Made by a program: the position numbers and the translations under genes
Origin: Candidatus Woesearchaeota archaeon
GTDB taxonomy: Archaea > Nanobdellota > Nanobdellia > Woesearchaeales > B72-G16
Reading direction: 5' to 3'
Length of the DNA: 43,671 bases
NCBI GenBank assembly: GCA_003650545.1
Contig: QMQO01000006.1
Coordinates: 1-43,671, forward strand
Shown here: in pieces, positions 1-9,700 of the stretch
How the letters are laid out: every line of letters starts with the position of its first letter
Position numbering within the stretch: position 1 is the first letter of the stretch
Notes under the pieces: generated by a model
Database searches by the model: none
Seen by the model: the letters and a program-made list of their open reading frames with translations, nothing else
Told to the model about the DNA's origin: nothing

Positions 1-124
1 AGGTTAATTAATTAAAAAAAATATTTTTTTAATGTTTGAAGTTAATAATTCTTAAAATAAAGTAAAAAGTGAACATTTTTAAAAAAATTATAAAAATTAA
101 ACAAATAAAGTAAAAAAATCACAA

Positions 125-133
125 ATTTTATAA
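125..133 (+). promoter_or_regulatory. Putative TATA box of the HTH/giant-protein unit
   Basis: TTTTTATAA about 20-25 nt before ATG 152, preceded by an A-rich BRE-like stretch; fits a leaderless archaeal transcript. Confidence 0.45.
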
Positions 134-151
134 CTGATTGGATTTTATTTT

Positions 152-703
152 ATGGCATTAAGCAAATTGGGTGATGATGGAGAAGTAGTGAGGGGGGGTA
201 ATGAGCTTAATAAAGTTCTATCTAAAAAAGATGCTGAAAATCTGTTAAAACTTGTTCTTAACATACTTGTTAAGGATTTTAACATAACTCAAAAAGATGT
301 TCTCTGTATTTTTGAAGAGATTTATGAAAAGAACATTCCTATTTCTATCTTTGGAACTAGGCTTAATCCTAGCGAAGCTCTTGTTAAATTCCTAAAAGAA
401 GAAAAGGGAATGAACTATCACGAGATTGCTATGGCTATTAACAGAGATGAGCGCGGTATATGGGGAAGTTATCATCGTGCCGTAGAGTCTTTTCATGATA
501 GGTTACCATTAGAAAGCAAATATCATATTCCTCTTGAAATTTTTAGAGACAGAAAATTTAGCATCCTCGAAAATGTTATTATGTTCTTAAGAGATGTACT
601 AAGATTGAAGAATCCAGATATTGCTAAATTGTTAAATAAAACACCAAGTACTGTAGCTACTGTTTACAATAGAGCCAAGAAAAAACAAAAAGTTGGAAAA
701 TGA
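152..703 (+). CDS. Tandem helix-turn-helix (sigma-70 region 4-like) DNA-binding protein
   Basis: Two internal repeats, IPISIF..LNPSEALVKFLKEEKGMNYHEIAMAINRDERGIWGSYHRA and IPLEIF..FSILENVIMFLRDVLRLKNPDIAKLLNKTPSTVATVYNRA, each with an HTH pattern. Stop overlaps the next ATG (ATGA at 700-703). Confidence 0.7.
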   Translation: MALSKLGDDGEVVRGGNELNKVLSKKDAENLLKLVLNILVKDFNITQKDVLCIFEEIYEKNIPISIFGTRLNPSEALVKFLKEEKGMNYHEIAMAINRDERGIWGSYHRAVESFHDRLPLESKYHIPLEIFRDRKFSILENVIMFLRDVLRLKNPDIAKLLNKTPSTVATVYNRAKKKQKVGK

Positions 704-3700
704 AACCCGGAACTAGAGAAAGAAGTGTAAAGGGAGTGAAACAATATACAAGAAATAATGCAAGAAACAAGTTCGTTGTAGGGGTAGCAATTGTAGTGGC
801 TTTAATGGTTATAGTACTTCTGCCACTTAGTTTTGTGGGAATGAGCACTAAAAATGATACTTCTGAAATTAACCCTAAACCTTTGGTTGAATTAAAAGAT
901 AAATTTGGAGATTATTCTGGCAGCTATAACATAAAAGAAATTAATGGAAAATACGATGTTGTACTAGTTAGAGATCAAAAAAACAACATAGAGATTAAAG
1001 GTGTTAAGGGCACAGTAATAAAAGCAAAGATTGACAGTGTTGAAGATAAAAAAATTAAGACAGAGGTTGCTGCAGTTGAGAGTTTGGAATTTGATTCTGC
1101 CACGATTAAATTAGAAAAAAAAGACTTTGTTGATGTTATTCTGAAATGTAATAACTTTAATGTTGATTCATTTGAATGTGAGTCTGACTGGGATGAAACT
1201 AATATCCCTTTTGTTGATTTGGGAGATAGCATTGAGTTTAATGTTACAAGCTTTAGTGGATATGCAGGTGGTAAAATAGAAGAAAGCGAAGTTGAAATAA
1301 AATCTGTTACAAATGTTGATAATTGCATTAACATCACTTCTTCAGGAAGCTATAAGATGATCCAGAGTATATCAAATGCAGTTAATTATTGTATAAATAT
1401 AAGCACAAGCAATGTAACTTTTGACTGTGATGGAAATACAATTACTGGCAGCAGAGGAGTAAATATAATATTTGCAGTGAATCAATCAAACATAACTATT
1501 AAAAACTGTGTGTTGAAAGATTCTTCCAGAGGAATTCTTTTCTTAAATATCAATGACACAATTATCGAATATAATAATATATCCAACATGAGCGCTATGG
1601 CAATCTGGTTGCAAAAAGTTGATTTGTTTGGCCATAATAACACTATCAGAAATAATAACTGCAGTCACAGTGGTAGAGGTATTGCTTTAGAAGCCCACGA
1701 TTCAGTTATCGATAATAATGTAGTTAATTATAACTCTGTATACGGAATTTCCTGGGTTGGAAACAGAAATAATATCACAAATAACATTGTAAATTATAAT
1801 GTGAATGGATTGGCTGCAACATGTTCTTCATATTATAACTTAGTAGATAATAATGACTTTAGATTTAATAATCAGAACAGTTTATACTGTGCATGTTGCA
1901 CAACAGTGTTAAACAATGACTTTAGCAATAACACTGGCCAATATTGCCTTGTTATAAATTATGCATACAATAGTTATCTAAAGAACAATACGTTTAACAG
2001 TTGCGATATTGGCATTGATATTAATTCTGGTAAAAATAGTACAATTATTGATAATGAGATCAAAAACAATTCTATCTTTGGGATAAGGTTAATATCTCGG
2101 GGAACAGCAGGGTATTATGTAGCTGATAACTTGATTACTAAAAATAATATAACAAATTCTGGTGTTAGCGGAATATATATTAACTCAAGCGCAGGAGAGC
2201 CTGTTGAGAACAACACATTCTATGATAATATAATCAATGAAACCACACATGTGCTCTTTGAAGGTGTTAACTATACAAATTATTGGAACACTACAAAGAC
2301 AACTGCAACAAACATCGTTGGGGGAAACTACATAGGGGGAAATTATTGGGGAAAGCCTGATGGAACAGGCTTTAGCGATACGTGCATTGACTCTAATTAT
2401 GATGGAATCTGTGATGTTGTATATGATGTTATAAATGATAGTACATGTACACTCGGTGTAAATTGTACTAATAATGTTGATTATTTGCCGTTGGCAACCC
2501 CGCCACCTAGAACTAACTTAACAATATGGGATAGTAACGATACTGCAGGTGGAGGGACAATAGCGTACACAAATGCACAGATTATCTTTTATGCAAATTA
2601 TACATATGCAAACGGAACAGTTATAAATGATACAATGGGTGGTAGCTGTAAGATTAATTTTAGCGATTCTACTAATAATGATATGAATTTTAATTCCAGT
2701 TCTGGACTATACGAATACAACAGAATATTCTTAACAACAGGGTTCAGGGTGTACAATGTAACTTGTACTGGTGTTGGGCTTGGAATCAATATTTCGGATA
2801 ATCTAACTTTAGAACTTGGTAATGGAACTGTGACAACAACAATCGTGTCACCTACTGGGACTAGTTATAATTCTTCAGAAAACGAATTTTTCTTGGTTAA
2901 AGTTAATGTTAGTTGTAGCGGAGGTGATTGCAAAAATGTAAATGTATCACTCGATCCAAAACCAAATGTCTATTCTCTATTCTTAGATCCGAGTCCTGTA
3001 TATTTTAATGCTGTTACTTACTGTAAAATTAATATTAGTAATGCCTCAGGTGATCTGTTGCGTGTAGAATTTAATCTAACTTCGCCAAGAGGAATTAGTT
3101 ATATTTCAAATGGAACGCCTTATGAAAATTTATATTTCTCAGAAGAATTCGTGGCAAACGAAACGGGAACATGGATTTGTAATATCACTGCGCAAAGTAC
3201 TGATGGAAATATTACTAAAAACAGCACAACGTTTGTACCATCATCAAAATCAGGTGCTGTTTCAACTACAACTGGTGATGTACCCTTCTATACAAACACT
3301 AGCAATCCAAAAAATTGTACGTTGAGCAACCACGGTCAATATTGTCTTTTAAGTTGGTGGGTGAACGCTACAGGTAGTATTAACACAATGTGGGAATTCT
3401 ATGCAGAAGCAAACTCTACTGTTACAAGCGATATATCAAATAAAGTAAATGTTACAATAGTCGGAAGTGTACAACCTTTAATATCAAACATAACTTTAAA
3501 TAGCATTGTAGAAAGTCTCACAAATACAACCATCATAGCTATTGGTGAGAAAGATTACGAACAGGAAAACTTAACATTTTACTGTTCGTATAGTAATTTA
3601 CCAAACGCTACAAATACTTTCTGTATCGGAGGAAGTATTTTCCAGATTAGTGCACCATACAATTTGAATTGTACCTTTACAGCTGATAACAATAGCGCAA

Positions 3701-6700
3701 ATGACGTGGTTTACTGTAGGGTTTGGGATGGCTACAAATATTCTAAAACTGTTTCGACTAGTTATCTTGACAACCATAGACCAAGTTTAACAAGTTTAAG
3801 TATTTCTCCTAACACTGGAAAATATAATGTATCAATAAACGTGACATCTGTTAGTGCTTTTGATAGTGATGGGCACAATCTAAGAATTAAGTGTGGAAAT
3901 AGTTCTAACCAATATAATTTATGCACAAGTGGCTTCGGTGCTGGTCAGAGAAGTTGCACTTTTAATAGCCCTTGGACAGACAACGCTAATCACCAAATAT
4001 ATTGTGTTGTTGAGGATATATACAGTTACATGTCTGCTGAAAGAAATATCAAATTTGTTTCAGATAACACACCACCAATACAAGGGGTTGTTGATAATGT
4101 TGAAGGAGATATGACACCAAAATATTGGGATACAGATGACGATGATAACACAGTGATACAGATCAATGTGTTTGAAACAGGCGTGAAGTGTAGATACTCC
4201 AGCACTGATTTAAATTACAGTAGCATGCCCTGGACGCAGAATTGTAGTGTTGCGGGAAGTATTGCTAGTTGTAATGTCTGGAATCTTGTTGGTGGACAGA
4301 CCAACGAAACTAATGTTTCTATAAGTTGTATTGACATGTATGGTAATGAGCAGAATGCTAGCTCTAATAGTGACGTTGTATTTGGCATTGACTGGACAAA
4401 ACCAAGCATTAGCACTGATAACGATGGTGCAATTCATCTACCTGGATATGTTGTTAATTTCACTGTCAACGATCAGCCTCCTGGAACAATAGTTTATGCT
4501 AAATATTGTAATGACACTACCGGAATTTGTGGTCCCTATTTTGATATAATTAACGGAAGTTATGTTGTGTTTAATCAGCGCGGGGTTTGGTACTTAAGGT
4601 ATAATGCAAGTGACGAGGCTGGTAATTATAATGAAACCAAACAAACTGTTGTAATGATTAATCAGCTCCCACAGATTAGTCCATTGCAGTTTGTAAATAT
4701 AACACCGCACAAGTTCAATGCAACATCTATTGTACTAGACAATGATAGCTCACAAACATTGCATTGTAAAATATATCACAGAATTGTCAACAATCTATAT
4801 GGGAATAAAACATTAATCTTGGTAGATGGTATTTCGACAAATGGGACCTACACACAAAACATCTCAGATGCTGATGGATATAATATCACTGATGTTGTTG
4901 AGATGTATGTGAATTGTAATGATACTCTGGAAGAGATTAACTCTTCAATCCTGTATCATAGGATACCTAACTTTATACCAACTTATACAATAATTAACGA
5001 TAGATATTGGGACGAAGATATGAACCTAACAAACAACATTAGTCTTGATTCTTTGTTTGCTGATCTGGATGGAGATACATTAACGTATACTTCAAATGGG
5101 ACTATTAACATAACTGTAGATATAATCTCAGGTAATGTTTCTTTCATTGTACCTGAGGACTGGTTTGGTAGAGAGTATGTGCAGTTTAGAGCGAATGATA
5201 GTAGCAAAAGTAGTAATATAACTAATGTTGTCCAGCTAACTGTGTACTCTATACCAGACATCACCATGACAGCATATAATGGAACTAATTATGACGGAAT
5301 CACAAAAGAGTTTGTTGGGAATATGTATGTCAAAGTTGCAGATGAACATTCTTATATCGAGAACATATCTGCAGGAAAGATTAACTTTACAGAAAAAATC
5401 AATTTTACAAGAGACATAAATATTGATAGCACTGTGACGCTAAAACATAACTATGTTGAAATTGATGGATCTACATGGCCTGAATTAGATAAAAAAGCCA
5501 TAATCACATTTACTGGTTTGACTGAACTGTTCACACCAAACATTTACATATTGAAAGATGGAATTAGGTGTGATAATACAACTGACTGTGATATAATTTA
5601 TTATAACAAAACTGAAGGTGTGGTCATATTTAATGTAACAGGATTTAGCAACTACACTGCTGTTAATGAGAATACACCTCCTAACATAACAAACATAAAC
5701 ATAATACCCAGTTTTGCATATTCCAGGAGTAACTTAAATTGCTCTGTAATTGCCTATGATTTTGAACAAGCGAATTTGAATGTTAGTTTTTATTGGTACA
5801 AGAATGGTGTAAGAAATACAACATGGGATTCTAATGTTAGCTGTATTAAGAATGTTTTATGTTACACAGGTGTTTTAGTACCTAATGCTAGCACTTCGCG
5901 CTATGATAACTTCACTTGTGTTGCTTATGCTAGTGATGGAACTTATTATAGTAATTTATCAAACACAACTAAAATGATCATTAATGAACCACCTTATTTT
6001 GATTTTGCTTTAACAGCACAAACAATTAACCACACACAGAACCTTATTTATGACATCAATTGTACAGATTACGATTCTGGAGATATAATAACTTACTATG
6101 ATAACACTACTTTGTTTGATATAAATAGTTCAACTGGTCTGATATTTGACGCTCCCACACAAGCAGAAACTGGTACTTATAACGTGCTGATAACTTGTAG
6201 TGATGGTTTGGATAACACAACACATAGCTTCGTCTATACAATAGTTAATAATGCACCTCTGTTACAAAATATTGTACTTAATTCAACAGACGCTCTAAAT
6301 AGAACAGTTGGAAATATAAGTGTGTACTACACATATTATGATCCTGATCTCGACCCTGAGCAAAACTATATTATTAAATGGTATAATAATTCTGTTGAAG
6401 TTGGTGCTTTTGAAAATCTCACAACGGTTTTAAATGGAAACATAACAAAAGGAGAAACATGGAAAACAAGCATAAATGTGTATGATGGCCTCTACTGGAG
6501 CGGGTGGTACAATTCCTCGCAGTTATTAATTAGAAACTATGCACCTGCTGTTGTAAATGCCACGTTAAATTCAACAGATCTCTTAAACAGAAGTAATGGC
6601 AGCTTGAATGCGTATTATGTTTTTGTTGATAATGACACCATTGACTCTGAGCAGACAAAAATAATAAAGTGGTACAGGAATGGATTTGTGCAACCTTTAC

Positions 6701-9700
6701 TTGAAAACTTAACAACTGTACCACCAAGCAAATTAAGTAAAGGGATAACTTGGTACTTTAGAGTAAGCGTGTTTGATGGAACAGATTGGAGCAGTTATGC
6801 ACAATCTAACAGCATTCTTATACAGAATTTTGCACCAGAAGCGCAAAATGTTAGTGTTAGATCAACCGATGATCCGTTCAACAGAACAAATGGTAGCTTA
6901 ACTGTAGGTTATACATACTTTGATTATGACGGTGATGTGGAGGTATCTAAACAAATAATATGGTATAAGAATGGTGCTGAGATAACTAGCCTAGAAAATG
7001 AAACAACCGTCCTAAGTGGAAACACTTCAAAAGATGATGCATGGAATTTTACAATAAGGGTGTATGACGGAACAGATTGGAGCGTGTATACTGCCTCAAA
7101 TGTACTTTTAGTAGAAAATACACCGCCTACTCAAGCAACTCCTATTTTATTTCCAGACCCTGCTTACAGGTTGGATAACATAACGTGTTACAATCAGTCA
7201 ACAGCAGATGTTGACGCTGATAATGTTATAAATTATTATAACTGGTATGTGAATGGTGTTCCTGTATGGACCACAAGTAACACACACATACTAGGAACAG
7301 GAAATTTTAGCAGCGGCGATCTAGTGGTTTGTCAGGTTACGCCTTATGATGGTGATGATAACGGAACTAGCTTAAATGGCTCAATTGTTATATCGAATCA
7401 TGCTCCAACTTTGACGGCGATCAATATAGAGCCCAATGCAGGCAGATACAATACAGATTTACGTGTTGTGAGCTTTAACGCGTCTGACCTTGATGGTCAT
7501 AACTTATCCTTAAGGTGTGGTGATGTTTCAGGCATACGTAATTTGTGTAATTCGTCCTATGGTGTGCCAGAAAGATTGTGTGTGTTTGCATCGCTTTGGA
7601 GTGACGATGTCGCGCATATAGTGTACTGTGTTGTGGATGATAACATAAATGAATCAGGTGAGGTTGCAGCAACATTCCTTGCAGATAACACACCTCCTTC
7701 TAGTTTGAGCATTATCAATATAGGAGGGGATACAACGCCACCCTACTGGGATACTGTGAATGATAATCAAACAGTTGTTTATGCTCAAGGAGAACTTCTA
7801 ATGGTGTGTAGATGGGCTAGGCAAGATATAAACTTTAGTAGTATGCCTGTGAACCAGCAATGTATAATATCTGGTACAACCGCCATGTGTAACTTCGGTA
7901 GCCTAGACTTAAACATATCTAATACAGGATATTATATCAGTTGTGAAGATCAATACGGTAATGAACAAAATAGCAGTAATAACCTTGATGTGCCTGCGTT
8001 TGGTACTGATTGGAGTGCACCACAAACAACACACAACATAGTCCCTGGTTATATATACAAACCACCATTTAATGTGACATTGTTTGAGTTTGATGTTCCT
8101 GTTGGAACAAATGTCACTACATACTGTTGTGTTGATTTAGCCGGAATATGTACACCAAGTATCACATGTGACGATGGATTGGTTGGATTTAATAACATAA
8201 ATGTTTCAATAAATGAATCTTATCGTGGCATTGCTCATCTAAGATATTACTCAATTGATTCTGCAAATAATAATCAGACGCCGTTAGTAGATATTCCTGT
8301 GATTGTAAATAATCTTTCGGTTGTAAATGCCATGAGCTATACTAATTTGACTAAGCACAAATTTACTGCTAGTTTGGATGCATATGATGTAAATTATCAG
8401 AACTTGACGTGCTGGCTACATCATAGACTTTCTACAAATGGAATATACAACACAACCCAGATGATATTTGTATCAGGATTGTCATACAATGGCACATTTG
8501 CTGCAAACATATCTAGTGGTGAACTGGTCAGGATAAATGCAGAAGATGTCGACGATAGTGCTGGAGAGTTTAATTCTGGGACGCATGGCTTTACAACTTA
8601 TAATGCAGGACTCAGGTTAAAGAACTGGAGCCTAAATTATGCAGGGGATGCTAGCACGGCAGCGAGCACAAATAACGGACTTACAAGTAAGATTAATGAT
8701 GGTGATATTAATACGTATTGGCAGGGAACAAATGCAAGCTTGCCTGCATGGATAACATTGACATTCCCTGAACCAAGGGTTGTGAAGAGATTCGAGTTTA
8801 ATTTTAGCCATGACTTGAACTATACACCAAGCGATTATTGGTTGCAGTACGACGACAATGGTAATTTTGCAGATGGTGGAACTGTTAACATAACTGTTGT
8901 TGCAGGCAACACGAACAAAGAGCCTGTATATAGCTTTTCTCCTGTAACAAGTAAATATTTTAGGATATACATAACAGCAACAAATGGAAATAACCAAACA
9001 CAAGAGAACATAACACTTGTTGAATGGGAGGTTTATGAGCAACCACAATATTTTGGGAACTTTACCTCAGCTACGATTGATGGTGGCGTAGATGTAAACT
9101 GGAGGAATATCAGCTGGGTGAGCAGCATTACAGCTGGAAATAATATAACTATGTACACAAGGAGTGCTGCAACAATTCAAGGACTAAGCGGAGCCGCATG
9201 GCAACAAGTCTATAACAGCAGCGGAGATTTTATACCTAGTTTAGATCTTAGATATTTACAATATCGTGCTGTTTTCGCAACTAATGATACAAATATAACA
9301 CCTGTATTGACAAAGGTCAATATTACATATATCCGAAACTATAATTATACTATTTATGATGCAATCGAAACGTATGTAAATTGCTCTGATGGCTTAGAGA
9401 ATGGAACAGGGACAACAAGTATTAATTCAATACCAAATTACGCACCAACAAAACCAATATTACTGGCGCCTTCTAACTTGTCTGTTGTATATAACCCAAG
9501 TGTAATGCTTAACTTTACAGCAAGCGATGCTGATAATGATACTATTACTTATTATATCTATGCTGACACAACTACATCACCGACAACTCTGAGAGGTATT
9601 ACAAACAATAACTACTATGACTTAACTATCGTAACTGGTTCGTATAACTGGAGGGTGCGTGCATATGACGGGACTGATTGGAGCGATTATAGCGACGTGT

